IMG/VR virus record: IMGVR_UViG_3300048999_000018
Coordinates: 1-53,223 of that record
Length of the DNA: 53,223 bases
Direction: 5' to 3' (one strand)
Origin: a virus
Taxonomy: Duplodnaviria > Caudoviricetes
Under the pieces are notes generated by a model. That model was not told the DNA's origin, ran no database searches, and saw only the letters and a list, made by a program, of their open reading frames with translations. This document shows, piece by piece, positions 43,234 to 53,127 of the stretch (the stretch's first letter is position 1; each line of letters starts with the position of its first letter). A program made the translations under genes and the position numbers.

Positions 43234-43557
43234 TTAACCCTTGGGGCCGTTGTAGACACCTCCCAATATAAGGAGGAGACGGGGGCTCCGTACTTCGACC
43301 TCTGAGACCGTCCACAGAGTCCCCGCCCACTCGACATAGCGAATGGCAAAGAAATGTTCGTTGGCGTATGCGTCCGCGACAATACTTATGGAGTTGTTAA
43401 CAGAGAGATCGTTATTAACGCTCGCCCCATCACGGGTTTGGCGTATGTTCTTTACTACATCACCGAAATATGAGACATCAGTGATTGTGTCTTCCCATAC
43501 CCCTGGAGCCGTCTCCACAGATTCGCCGTATCCGACTCTTCCGTAGAACCTTGCCAT
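43234..43557 (-). CDS. Head-closure / head-tail joining protein
   Basis: MA.F.G..GY...E..PGVW, ISIVAD.YA, PRL.L.LGGVYNG; follows the capsid gene. Confidence 0.7.
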   Translation of the reverse strand: MARFYGRVGYGESVETAPGVWEDTITDVSYFGDVVKNIRQTRDGASVNNDLSVNNSISIVADAYANEHFFAIRYVEWAGTLWTVSEVEVRSPRLLLILGGVYNGPKG

Positions 43558-43572
43558 GGTTGAACCTGCCTA

Positions 43573-45633
43573 CTACGCAGCCGGACGCTTGAAGGTCCAC
43601 TCGTCGACGCCGGCCTGACCGGTGACCGCGAAGAAGTATCCGGAAGCCGGGAGGGCCTTGACCTTCAGAGTGGCACCAGCCGCGAGAGCGGTCTGAGCGC
43701 CAGCACTGAGGGTAGCGTTGGTGTCGGCATTCTTGTAAACGACGCCGGTCTGCGTCGGGATGGTCGTGACACCCGTGGCAGAAACGAACGTCGGGGCGGT
43801 CGGCGAAACCAGGACGTTGCCAGAAGCGGTCTTGTTGATGATGAGAGCAGCCTTGATCTTGACCATGGCGCCGGACATCCGGGTCTCGATCAGGTACTTG
43901 TACTGGTTGTAGTCGATGTCGAAGTCATCGAACATGTTGACCTCGCCGCCCTTGTCCGTACCGACGTTGTAGTCGGTCAGGTTGACGACGATGCCCAGCA
44001 GGTTCGGGAACCGGTCCATCGGGTCCACGGCGACGATGGAATCCACGTTCATCGCTGCAGCCAGTTCGGCGATGTTCGCGTACATCCGACGCAAGTTGGC
44101 GTCACGCGTCAGGAGCATCTTGTTGATGGTCCGCTGCGTGCTGTAGAAGGTCGGCCGGCCAGTTCCCTTGTAGAACTCGCTCGCGGTCATGACCTGGTCC
44201 ACGACCTCCGAGTAACTGGAGTTCGCGTCATCCACGTTGACGTTGACCTGAGTGGCGTACAGCTCGTTCTCGTTGATGATCGAGCGGATGCCCTCACCAC
44301 TCGAAGCAGCCATCGGGTCATTGATGTGGTCCGGGTCGTCCACGTCACGGCCATCGCCGACGAGGATCGCAACGGCGATCTCCTCCATCAACATGATCCG
44401 CATCTCCAGCTTGAGCCAGGAGACGACATCGAAGTCAGTGATGTCGACGATGTTGTTGCGGTCGAGCTTCTGCTTCTTGTAGATCGTGGTCGGGGTGGTG
44501 GAACGGCTGGTGAGCGCGTACCACTCTTCCTTCTTGTACGTGCCGGTGATGTAACCCTTGGCACGGGCCTCGTCCTGCGTGATGTCCGCGGTGATGGACT
44601 TGATCCGGGCGAACGGGCTCTTGCGAGTACCGTCGATGACACCCTGAACCCAAGCCATGTTGCGGCTGTTGAAGTCCGGAGTGTTGTTGAGAGTCTTCGG
44701 GTCCGGGAAGAGGGCTTCGATGTTCTCGATGCCGTGCTGCAGGGCATAGCCCTCGACAGCGGTTCGGAGGGATCCGCTCTTCTTGGCGTCCTCGAAGATG
44801 GTCTTCAGATCGCTGTGCGACACCAGGTGTCGCTCGACACCATCGCCGTGCTGGATCTTGTTCTTGTCGGCCTGCTCGAACACGTTGGTCACGGAGCCAG
44901 TTCCTTCCTGGTGGACTACAACACCCTCTTCGGGCTTCTTGTCGTCGGGGTTGACGCCCTCTTCGGGCTTCTTCTCGTCCGGCTTGGGCTCGACGGCCGT
45001 CTGCGCGATGGCAGCATCCTTCGCCGCGAGAGCTTCGCTTACGACGATCGCAAGGACTTCCTTCTGATCGTCATTGAAGGTGTCCAGAACATCCTGAACA
45101 GTGGCTCCGGGAGCTGCGTGCTGAATGACGGGCTCCTCGGGCTTCTTGTCGAGGATGATCTCGATTTCGAGGCCCGTGTGAATGACAGCTTCGTCAGTCA
45201 GAACTTCGATGTCGTTCGGGTCATCGCTGTGCTTGAGCTGAACGTAGTCGATGACCGCCTCAGGATTGGCTCCGGCGAGCACGAGACTGACCTCACGAAT
45301 TTCTCCGTGGACGACAGTCTGACCCTTCATCACCAACTTGTTGGCGTAGATCGACATCGCCTTGATGTCCTTGTGCTGAACATACTCGCGAGCGTCCTGA
45401 CCCTGCTTGGTTCCGTTGAAGAAACCGTAGGCGTAAACGCCGTCCTTGCGGGCTTCGAGAACCGCGTGACCGAGAACGTTCTCGATGTTGCTGTGTCCGT
45501 GCTGGTAGACGAGCGGAAGCTGCATCTGATCCATGTGCGCAAACGCCAGGGGGCTGATGGTCTTACCATCGGAGCACTTGACGTTGGCCTTCGTGGCGTA
45601 ACCGCTGAAGTCAGCGTTGGAGTTGTCTCCCAT
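43573..45633 (-). CDS. Prohead protease - major capsid protein fusion
   Basis: DFSGYAT, PLVYQH.H and EVSLVLAGANP protease motifs; acidic linker; HK97-like capsid region ending FDIDYNQ.KYLIETR.SGA. Confidence 0.9.
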   Translation of the reverse strand: MGDNSNADFSGYATKANVKCSDGKTISPLAFAHMDQMQLPLVYQHGHSNIENVLGHAVLEARKDGVYAYGFFNGTKQGQDAREYVQHKDIKAMSIYANKLVMKGQTVVHGEIREVSLVLAGANPEAVIDYVQLKHSDDPNDIEVLTDEAVIHTGLEIEIILDKKPEEPVIQHAAPGATVQDVLDTFNDDQKEVLAIVVSEALAAKDAAIAQTAVEPKPDEKKPEEGVNPDDKKPEEGVVVHQEGTGSVTNVFEQADKNKIQHGDGVERHLVSHSDLKTIFEDAKKSGSLRTAVEGYALQHGIENIEALFPDPKTLNNTPDFNSRNMAWVQGVIDGTRKSPFARIKSITADITQDEARAKGYITGTYKKEEWYALTSRSTTPTTIYKKQKLDRNNIVDITDFDVVSWLKLEMRIMLMEEIAVAILVGDGRDVDDPDHINDPMAASSGEGIRSIINENELYATQVNVNVDDANSSYSEVVDQVMTASEFYKGTGRPTFYSTQRTINKMLLTRDANLRRMYANIAELAAAMNVDSIVAVDPMDRFPNLLGIVVNLTDYNVGTDKGGEVNMFDDFDIDYNQYKYLIETRMSGAMVKIKAALIINKTASGNVLVSPTAPTFVSATGVTTIPTQTGVVYKNADTNATLSAGAQTALAAGATLKVKALPASGYFFAVTGQAGVDEWTFKRPAA

Positions 45634-46969
45634 TTTGACTGTTCCCTCCTGATTCTATAGCTAGAGGCTGCTTAGCCTTTGCCAATTGAGGATTGTTCTT
45701 CAATGCAGCGGCAAACACTGCAGCAGGATCGCCTGATGGCGGTTGTACAGGGAGACTGTTCCCCGGTTGTGGCATGTTGCTGTTCATCAGCATGTCGGCC
45801 CTCGGATCCTTCGAAGGCTTTGTGCCGATCGCAGTTCTGATCTCGTTCGGAGTCAAGATCTCATTCCGAGAGAACATGTCTGCGATCTGAGCGATCTCGC
45901 TAAGAGGAACCAGGCTGAACAGATCACGGAAGTACATGATTGTTTGGCCTTGAGACCGAGCAGTCTTGGTCAGGAAGGTTCGCTGCATGGCTTCAGCAAT
46001 GGAATCCAGAATCGGCTTGACGGTTCTGTCGATGTAGTTCAACATCGTAGATTCATCGGCCGTACCATTCATGATGGTGTCGGTCAAACCGAGTTCCGAA
46101 TAGACCATACTCGTCAAGTACTGAATCTGAGCCAGAAAATTGTTCTCGACAGGACGGTTTAGCTGTTGAACCTTTTCAGTACCGTCTGTATAGGCGATTC
46201 CGTACTTACTGCCCTTTAGCTGATTCTCGATGTCCGTACGTCGCTGTTCGGCCTGTTGTCTACGAGCTTCAGACTTAATGACGTAAGGAAGCTGGATGAT
46301 CAGATCAAGTTTGCCTGAACTGGAAGCTTCATCAGTAGCATCCAGCAAATTCAGCTTTCGAATCAGTCTCTGAAGAGTCGAGTTGGGTTCATTCATCACT
46401 GCGAAAAGAGGATTTTCAACTATAGCAACAAATTGCTTAGCGAGTGTGATCTCTTCGCGGTAACCTTTTTTCTCATTGTAAACACTGACTCTTACATGTT
46501 GCGGGAACCAAGCAACTACTTCACCGACACGAAGCGTTTGAACATCGAATGCGCCGGAAATAGTCGGATCAGATGTCGTGTCGACCGGCACAACAGCAAT
46601 CGTTCCTTTTTGAAGGAGAGACATTGCCATGTCTTGGCGGAACTGCCGAGCTCCTTGGTCGATGTTTGCTTCGACAGTCAGACAATTATTCAACCCGCTG
46701 TTGATGTCTTCTACGTATCGACCGTCTTTGTCGGCACGGACATGATTGATACGAATGCCGGCAACGTCGATGGTCATTCGAGTGTAGATCGACGAGATGA
46801 TGGTCTTCTCGGCTGAATACGTCGGCCGCATTCTGTCCGGTCGGTAATAACCAATGCTACCGCCGCCGGAATAAGGATCGCTTGGGTATTGGTAACTTTT
46901 ATCGTCCTGGAATGCGTTCCAGCCGTGATACAGAGCCTTCAGACGAGAAAATACTCCTGCCATGTTCAC
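45611..46969 (-). CDS. Portal protein
   Basis: LT.EAN.DQ..R.F, ENP..AVMNEPNSTL.RL..KL, RNEI.T.NE.R; lies between TerL and capsid genes. Confidence 0.9.
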   Translation of the reverse strand: MNMAGVFSRLKALYHGWNAFQDDKSYQYPSDPYSGGGSIGYYRPDRMRPTYSAEKTIISSIYTRMTIDVAGIRINHVRADKDGRYVEDINSGLNNCLTVEANIDQGARQFRQDMAMSLLQKGTIAVVPVDTTSDPTISGAFDVQTLRVGEVVAWFPQHVRVSVYNEKKGYREEITLAKQFVAIVENPLFAVMNEPNSTLQRLIRKLNLLDATDEASSSGKLDLIIQLPYVIKSEARRQQAEQRRTDIENQLKGSKYGIAYTDGTEKVQQLNRPVENNFLAQIQYLTSMVYSELGLTDTIMNGTADESTMLNYIDRTVKPILDSIAEAMQRTFLTKTARSQGQTIMYFRDLFSLVPLSEIAQIADMFSRNEILTPNEIRTAIGTKPSKDPRADMLMNSNMPQPGNSLPVQPPSGDPAAVFAAALKNNPQLAKAKQPLAIESGGNSQNGRQLQR

Positions 46970-47010
46970 CTCCTTTCCTTAGACAGCGGTCGATGTAACA
47001 GCTCTCAGAA

Positions 47011-47268
47011 CTAGGCGGCTTCGAGAGCCGCGATACGAGCTTCGAGCTTGGCGATGGCCACATTGGCCGAATCGGCCGCAGCGACGTTTCCGACAGCGTG
47101 GGAGGTGTAGCCAGTCAGGAGGACGGTCGCGCCAGTGTCCGGAACTCCGATGCCAGCGAGAGGTACGCCGGACGCACTGAAGAAAGCCATCTGCTCGAAG
47201 GGCTGACCGGGAAGAGGCCTGACAGCGGTTACGGGAACTACCTGACGAGTAGGCTGAGTGACGCCCAT
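47011..47268 (-). CDS. Small structural-region protein
   Basis: Start MGVTQ; AIAKLEARIAALE coiled end. Confidence 0.55.
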   Translation of the reverse strand: MGVTQPTRQVVPVTAVRPLPGQPFEQMAFFSASGVPLAGIGVPDTGATVLLTGYTSHAVGNVAAADSANVAIAKLEARIAALEAA

Positions 47269-47284
47269 GTTAAGAACTGCCTTT

Positions 47285-49033
47285 CTATTCGAACGAGTCC
47301 TTGTTCGCTTTGTAAGCGATGTATGCATCCATCAAGGCGGAGACGTTGTCGATCTTTGCGTCTTGCCGCTTCTTCAAAAGCTTTCGGTTACCGTTCGTGT
47401 CTTCCATGGTGATCGCATTACCCATGGCGAAGGTCATAAGCGCTTGGTCGAACACGAGAAGACGCTCTTCGCTCAGGATTTTGAGTTCTCCGAGAGGAAC
47501 CGATTCGGTCTTTGCGCCCTGAATAACCTTCTCGATACCGAATGGACCATTCTCGGCTTCGTAACGGGTTATAAACTCTTTGGCGTTATACGGGTCAAAG
47601 CCCAAAGCACGAATGTCGTATTCAGAATTCTGTATGAAGAAATCCAAATCTTCATAGACTTCCATCATGTCGAGAACAGTTCCTTCAAGAACATGAAGAC
47701 TGCCCTCGTTGATGAATTCATCGTACTTCATTCGCATAGCGCCAGGAAGCTTCATCAACGTAAGCGACGTGATGTAACTTCGGGTCTTTACCCCATAGCC
47801 ATTTCGCAATGGAAAGAGGAATGTGAATGCACAGAAGTCGTCACCTTGAGAAAGGTCGGCGCCGAGGGCGCAAGGCATACCATCAAAGGTCCTACGACGA
47901 TGAGGAAGGGTTTCTTCGTAAGTGAAGAAGTACGTGTAACCTTCCATCGGTATACCAAAACGCTTAGCCAAGATGTCGTTTCGAGAAGCCGGCGCTTTTT
48001 CGGCTCGTTCAACATCAAGTTGGTAAGTGTCATACGTGATGGTTTTCCCGAGATTTGGATTTGCCTTGAGCCACATCGAAGGATCATTGACTTCCTCCAA
48101 TTCGTCTAGCTTGTAATGCCAGATCGAAATGTGGGGTGCTAGATACTCACCCTTGAGAATGTCAGCCAGCTCCATTTTAATGGTGTCGCCAGAACCATTG
48201 CGAACTGTTCCTTCGGAGCTGATTGCAACAATCAAATAATCGTCCAGCTTTGACGCGCCCTGTTCGACAGCCCCAACGACATCTTCACGAATGTCGCCAG
48301 ACAACCACTCATCGATCGTCGAGATTTTAGGCCTAAGGCCCTGCAGTTTGTTGATCGACATTGGGCGGATCTCCAGGAGGGATCCCGTCAAGAAATTCTC
48401 GATGCCTTTCTTGGTGGGCACCAATTTCTGTCGATTCGCCCGAGAGCCAGTCGTGTTCTGGAGGGAACCCTCCGTCAGAAACTTGAATAGAGGTCCTCGA
48501 CTTCTGACGATCGCAGTCCGAAATGGAGACATCACTTCGTCGGCTTGCTTCATCGTCGGCGCTGTTGTGATCTGATGCGTAGTCGACGTGTCGACATTCA
48601 AGAAGTAGCTTTGTATGCATTCAGCATACATGGACTTAGCAGCACCTCGTGCGACTATGAGATACTGCTTTGTGGTCAAACGCTTCTTGATGGTCTTGTT
48701 AACGTAATGACCACCAGGATTGTCATCGTTCGGAACGTAAACACTTCGATCAACGAAGTAATACCATCCGAAGATTTGTTCCGACCACAACTTGAACGAA
48801 GGAAGCAGATGCAGATCTGATCCATCTGTCAGCGTAAGTTCATTCTCGCAGTAAAGAATGAAGCCTTCGACAACCAAATCGTCATAGTAGATGTTCGGGT
48901 TGGCGATAAGCGCATCAACGCGGTTCATCTCCATCGAGACTTCCCTGTTAACAGGAATATCGCCACGAAGCACTGCATCGCGAAATTGGCCGTAATAAGT
49001 TGGTACTGTCGTGTTCGACAGAGCCATCGTCAA
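47285..49033 (-). CDS. terL: Terminase large subunit
   Basis: VARGAAKS Walker A, TAPTMKQA, IDEW Walker B, GADLSQGDDF and KID.V.A.MDA nuclease motifs. Confidence 0.93.
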   Translation of the reverse strand: MTMALSNTTVPTYYGQFRDAVLRGDIPVNREVSMEMNRVDALIANPNIYYDDLVVEGFILYCENELTLTDGSDLHLLPSFKLWSEQIFGWYYFVDRSVYVPNDDNPGGHYVNKTIKKRLTTKQYLIVARGAAKSMYAECIQSYFLNVDTSTTHQITTAPTMKQADEVMSPFRTAIVRSRGPLFKFLTEGSLQNTTGSRANRQKLVPTKKGIENFLTGSLLEIRPMSINKLQGLRPKISTIDEWLSGDIREDVVGAVEQGASKLDDYLIVAISSEGTVRNGSGDTIKMELADILKGEYLAPHISIWHYKLDELEEVNDPSMWLKANPNLGKTITYDTYQLDVERAEKAPASRNDILAKRFGIPMEGYTYFFTYEETLPHRRRTFDGMPCALGADLSQGDDFCAFTFLFPLRNGYGVKTRSYITSLTLMKLPGAMRMKYDEFINEGSLHVLEGTVLDMMEVYEDLDFFIQNSEYDIRALGFDPYNAKEFITRYEAENGPFGIEKVIQGAKTESVPLGELKILSEERLLVFDQALMTFAMGNAITMEDTNGNRKLLKKRQDAKIDNVSALMDAYIAYKANKDSFE

Positions 49034-49042
49034 CCCTCCCTT

Positions 49043-49951
49043 CTACTTCTTCAACAGACCAGCAACTTGCTTTGCAGCTACTCCGGCCGCAGCCTTTGTG
49101 AGTTCTTGCTTGCCGATGCTCAGAAGCGTGTCTGTAATGAACTTGGTGGTTGCCTTCCGACCGGTTGCCGGCTGAAGACGAGTGAATTGCTGTTCCAAGT
49201 TCATCCTCGTGACGAGATCCTGAAGCTCTTTAGTAGTGAGAGCCTTAGTGCCTCCGGACTTCACCTTGGCCTTGGACTCAGCGGCTCGTTGAGCATCATC
49301 AGAAGACGGATGTGCCGTCGGAGTTCCCTTGCCTCCACGAACACCCCACTTCATACCCTTGACGCCGAAATGCTCAAGAACGTCATCTACAGCTGCTCGG
49401 CCCAGATCGGCCTGAGACACAGCAACCTCCATGTCGCCTGAGTATTCGAGCTTGAATGTGGGACCCGCTGAGTCGCTCGTCCACAAAGCGACTCGATCGA
49501 AGTTCACCCACGAGAATCCAGGGAATTCTCTGTCGTCCTTCTTGGCTGGGTTGTCCGGGAACCCCATCGTCAAATGCGGATTCCACTCGTCGAACTGACT
49601 CGTCGATAGAAAAGCTTTCGAAATCAGTTCGTTCTTCAGAAGCTGACCGCGGAATGTATCCACAGCCTTAGTCCACTTCTTGTTGAAGAACAATACATCA
49701 GCTTGGCTTGTTCCCAACACACCGCGTTCCTTCACTTCCAGCCCGAAAGGCTGAAGCAGAGAAGCCGCATGTTCTACGAATCCAGTGACGAGAGTCAACT
49801 CAGACGCGTCATAACCAGGAGAACCCAAGTACAAAAGAGTCAAGTGTGGTTCTTTATCACTTGAGAATTTCAGCACTGGATCAGATTCGGGCGGGAGAGC
49901 TACGATGACAACCTGTTGATTCTTACCGACTAGGGATTTGGGTTCGTCCAT
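49043..49951 (-). CDS. 2H phosphoesterase fused to an HFG.KGMKWG domain
   Basis: Two HxT motifs (PHLTL, PHLTM); C-terminal LEHFGVKGMKWGVR...EL...V.R.NLEQ. Confidence 0.7.
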   Translation of the reverse strand: MDEPKSLVGKNQQVVIVALPPESDPVLKFSSDKEPHLTLLYLGSPGYDASELTLVTGFVEHAASLLQPFGLEVKERGVLGTSQADVLFFNKKWTKAVDTFRGQLLKNELISKAFLSTSQFDEWNPHLTMGFPDNPAKKDDREFPGFSWVNFDRVALWTSDSAGPTFKLEYSGDMEVAVSQADLGRAAVDDVLEHFGVKGMKWGVRGGKGTPTAHPSSDDAQRAAESKAKVKSGGTKALTTKELQDLVTRMNLEQQFTRLQPATGRKATTKFITDTLLSIGKQELTKAAAGVAAKQVAGLLKK

Positions 49952-50304
49952 GAATCCCCCTCTCTCACAACGTTGAGACGCCATTCAAGTTCTTTGATCT
50001 GCTTGTCCATCGCATCGAGAACGAAAGAAGTAATCGTGGCGTTATCGAATAGAAGCCGAACTCTGAGACCTATGTAACTCTTGACAGAAATCAGTCTCAA
50101 ATCATCACCGAGAAAGGCGTCCCACGTGGGGGTAGAATTCTCGATCATGTAACCTTCAGGCGGACCGATACCCAGTTGAGTAAGAGTCGAGAACACTGAG
50201 TTGATGTGCAACAGAATAACGGGATCGAAAACCGTTAGACTCGCATCGACTCCGAGAATGTTTTTGATACTTGTCAGAATGCTGGTTTCAGCCACGGTGA
50301 ACAC
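49930..50304 (-). CDS. Head-tail connector (gp6-like) protein
   Basis: SIL.SIK..LG....FD..I..HINS.F..L.QLG.GP, V.L.FD, ELEWRL. Confidence 0.7.
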   Translation of the reverse strand: MFTVAETSILTSIKNILGVDASLTVFDPVILLHINSVFSTLTQLGIGPPEGYMIENSTPTWDAFLGDDLRLISVKSYIGLRVRLLFDNATITSFVLDAMDKQIKELEWRLNVVREGDSWTNPNP

Positions 50305-50506
50305 CTCCTTCGATTTGTCGTTTCCATCTGTCTCGCCACGCTGTTTGGATATCGGGCGTTGAATTCAACCCGTAATCGTAAGTGCCCAAGCAGATAGGAC
50401 AATTAACGCGAGGAGGTGAAGATGCGCAAACTGGACAAAACTTGAAAAGCAAACGCCAACGTCCTTGAAGGCGGAGAGGCCAGTTTAGGATGCGGGCGCT
50501 TTTCAT
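50288..50506 (-). CDS. Small Zn-finger-like protein
   Basis: CPVC...CPIC. Confidence 0.5.
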   Translation of the reverse strand: MKSARILNWPLRLQGRWRLLFKFCPVCASSPPRVNCPICLGTYDYGLNSTPDIQTAWRDRWKRQIEGGVHRG

Positions 50507-51345
50507 CAGAGCAGCTTGTTGACTTCGGTCTGAACAGCCTTGGGGTCATAACCGGCAGACTTGAGTCGGTTGACTCGGTTGCTGCCGTTACCCCACAGGC
50601 CGGCGATGACCTCCTTGGCGACCTGAGTCACCGTCTTCTTCGGAACGGGAGCCTTGCCCATCTGACGGTTGACCTCGCCCTGGACGGCGTCGGCGTTGTA
50701 ACCAGCCGCGGTGAGAAGCTTGACACGCTCGGCGCCACTGCCCCACTTGCCGGCAATGACCTCCTTGGCGACCTGAGCGATCGACTTTGAAGACGAGGGA
50801 GAAGTCGGCGTAGATCCGGGGTCTGAAGTGAACTCGTCGTATGCCTTCTGGGCCTCGGCGATGATCTTGGAAAGATTCTTGACGACGTACGGACCGGGGC
50901 ACTCAGTGGCAGACCAGTGCTTGTGACCGAACACGTTCTTGTCACTTGGCCGAGGCGTCTTGTCGATGACGTGAGCGAAGAGCCACCCGATAAGTCGAGC
51001 AGTCGCCTTCCAAGTCGTCTCGGAAACCGTCCAGTCGGGCGAGAACGTCACATTGGCCTGCTCGATGCTGATGCTGCTCTGGTTGCCGTCCTTGTCTCCG
51101 ACAGCCCAGGCGTACTCACTCGCCTTGACGTACTGAGCGACGTTGCCCTTGGCATCCACATCGAAGTGAGCGGAAGCAGCTCGGGTTCGCCAAACAGAAA
51201 GCAGGCCTTCGTGCGTGAGATTGCCGGCGTTGTGATGGACCGTGACGGACGTCTTCTTGTACGAAGTGTGCGTGACGTGTCCAGTGGCACTCAGTTCGGG
51301 AATGAAGTTCTTGACGGTCTTGTCGTATGCGATCGTCTCGCCCAT
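50506..51345 (-). CDS. Endolysin: N-acetylmuramoyl-L-alanine amidase with two CW_7 (Cpl-7) repeats
   Basis: VHH, SAHF, AWAVG..N..SISIE, GH...TECPG; two VAKEVIAG.WG.G..R...L..AGY....VQ.EVN repeats. Confidence 0.9.
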   Translation of the reverse strand: MGETIAYDKTVKNFIPELSATGHVTHTSYKKTSVTVHHNAGNLTHEGLLSVWRTRAASAHFDVDAKGNVAQYVKASEYAWAVGDKDGNQSSISIEQANVTFSPDWTVSETTWKATARLIGWLFAHVIDKTPRPSDKNVFGHKHWSATECPGPYVVKNLSKIIAEAQKAYDEFTSDPGSTPTSPSSSKSIAQVAKEVIAGKWGSGAERVKLLTAAGYNADAVQGEVNRQMGKAPVPKKTVTQVAKEVIAGLWGNGSNRVNRLKSAGYDPKAVQTEVNKLL

Positions 51346-51360
51346 GAGTTCTCTTTCTGA

Positions 51361-52359
51361 TTAAGCGGGTTCCGGACCGATGTTCTTCAATCGCATCCTG
51401 AAAGGATATGTAGCGTGAGCATACACACGATTCGCACTTCCGGCATAAGCGCCTTGATGTGCCAATGCGCATGTTACTCGCCCTGCAGCGATGTGGGCTT
51501 CTTCGACAACAAACATCGGTGGCATGGGGTTTCTGCTCAAACCACTGAAGTTTGGATACAACGCAGGATCGCCCTCGGGGGGAGGCGTTGACGATTCTGA
51601 AGTTGCGTAGAGAGAAATAGCGCCGGCGTTATCTAGTAGAACCCAATCTAGATAGTGTGATCCAATGTAGATGAAACCTGGATGCACTTCAATACGATCG
51701 CCTGGAACAGCTTGAATAGAACACTGGAGATAACTACCACCAGAAGTCCGAACAACACTCCAAACCAGAGCTTCGGGAAGACCACTTAGATCATCATCGG
51801 TTACACGAGACTTGGCTGTTCGTTCGCTGCTTCCAGAACTACCGGGAATTCCTTGGATGCCCTGTTCGCCTTGCTGTCCAGCTTCTCCTTGAATGCCGTC
51901 AGTGCCATCGGTGCCATCAATGCCTGGAAGTCCTTGGGTGCCCTGAATGCCCTGAAGTCCTCTAGGACCAGCAACAGGAACATAACTCGGGGTTCGAGGA
52001 TTGATCTCCAGAAGATCATTAAGATCGACACCGTTTGAAACACCGGCAAGCGAAAAGTTGCGAATGCTGGTTATTCCACCAATGGTTACGTGAGCTTCCC
52101 ACAACCAATCACGAGGATTTGAACCGGGAGCTGAATTATCGAGAAGTTCTACTCCTACTGTTCCGTCGTTTGAAACCATTCGGCCGAGAGAGTCAAACCG
52201 ATAACTACCTCCTCCCGTCCAACGAACAGGAATACCGTCGATGATGATTTCAGGAACGTTCGGAATCAATCGAATAATTCCACGAACCCGTTCACCTTCG
52301 GCAGCAGTTCGAGACGTGAAGTTTACTATCTTCGTCGGAGTGCCTTCGGGGAAAGACAA
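51361..52359 (-). CDS. Collagen-repeat-containing protein (probable structural/fibre)
   Basis: G-X-Y run GPRGLQGIQGTQGLPG...; TTG start after AAGGAG. Confidence 0.7.
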   Translation of the reverse strand: MSFPEGTPTKIVNFTSRTAAEGERVRGIIRLIPNVPEIIIDGIPVRWTGGGSYRFDSLGRMVSNDGTVGVELLDNSAPGSNPRDWLWEAHVTIGGITSIRNFSLAGVSNGVDLNDLLEINPRTPSYVPVAGPRGLQGIQGTQGLPGIDGTDGTDGIQGEAGQQGEQGIQGIPGSSGSSERTAKSRVTDDDLSGLPEALVWSVVRTSGGSYLQCSIQAVPGDRIEVHPGFIYIGSHYLDWVLLDNAGAISLYATSESSTPPPEGDPALYPNFSGLSRNPMPPMFVVEEAHIAAGRVTCALAHQGAYAGSANRVYAHATYPFRMRLKNIGPEPA

Positions 52360-52373
52360 TGAGTCACTCCTTT

Positions 52374-52781
52374 CTACCAAAGTTTCGTGTCGTTGGGCTT
52401 ACGTTCGACGAAAGGCCGGGGAAGTAGTTTTTCGTCGCCGTAGTGAATAGCGTTGTGCGTTTGATGCGTCGTGCTTATCAAGTTGTTCGGGTCGAGCATG
52501 CTTTCGTCGGCGTACTTAATGTCAAGAACTGTGAGAGGTTTCAGATGGTGGATGTAGATCCTGTCATGGATCTCGTAACCAGCAACACCCAAATCGCACC
52601 CATTGTCACGAACGATGATTTGGTTTCGCATGTGACGCCACTCGGACGAAGTGTAAAACTTCTGGTTGACGTAACGATCGAATCCGAATGTAGATCTTCC
52701 GACTTCACCACGAAGGGCTAGGTACCTGAATCGTTCCTCGAAGGTTTCGATTCGCCTAAGTTCTGAGTACGTCCTAATCAT
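52374..52781 (-). CDS. HNH endonuclease (packaging-associated)
   Basis: FY.S.EW...R..II.RD.GC, IHH, NLI....THNAIH. Confidence 0.85.
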   Translation of the reverse strand: MIRTYSELRRIETFEERFRYLALRGEVGRSTFGFDRYVNQKFYTSSEWRHMRNQIIVRDNGCDLGVAGYEIHDRIYIHHLKPLTVLDIKYADESMLDPNNLISTTHQTHNAIHYGDEKLLPRPFVERKPNDTKLW

Positions 52782-53127
52782 CGAACTCAGACGTCGTGTT
52801 AACCGGCTCTTGACCTGAGTAAGTACGCATGGCGCTGAGTGCGTCCTTGTAAAGTTGCTCGACTGCTTCTTGAGATTCGATCGCTTTGCGCTTGACGACC
52901 AGAAGTTCGTTCTCATGAGACAAACGTTCTTGTTCGAGGCGTTCTCGTGAGGATCCGAGTTTCAAGAAGTGCGTGATCTCCTGTGCGGAGGCCGTGCCTT
53001 CTCGGATACGCTTCTCGGCCAGGTCATGAGCCAAGCCAATCATCTGTTGTTCTCGGCCCTCAGGAGTTGTTGCTATTCTGCGATTACTTGTCCCGAATTC
53101 AAGACCACTTTTACGACCAGCAACCAT
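52774..53127 (-). CDS. Putative terminase small subunit
   Basis: TPE.RE.Q.I.LA..LAE.....GTAS.Q.I.HFLKLGS; first gene of the packaging module. Confidence 0.6.
   Translation of the reverse strand: MVAGRKSGLEFGTSNRRIATTPEGREQQMIGLAHDLAEKRIREGTASAQEITHFLKLGSSRERLEQERLSHENELLVVKRKAIESQEAVEQLYKDALSAMRTYSGQEPVNTTSEFDD

Noticed and set aside
44326-45660. 444-aa plus-strand ORF (also 18041-19240, 42062-42925, 16739-17512, 2096-2770)
   Set aside because: Antisense shadows of codon-biased minus-strand genes, with no recognisable motifs
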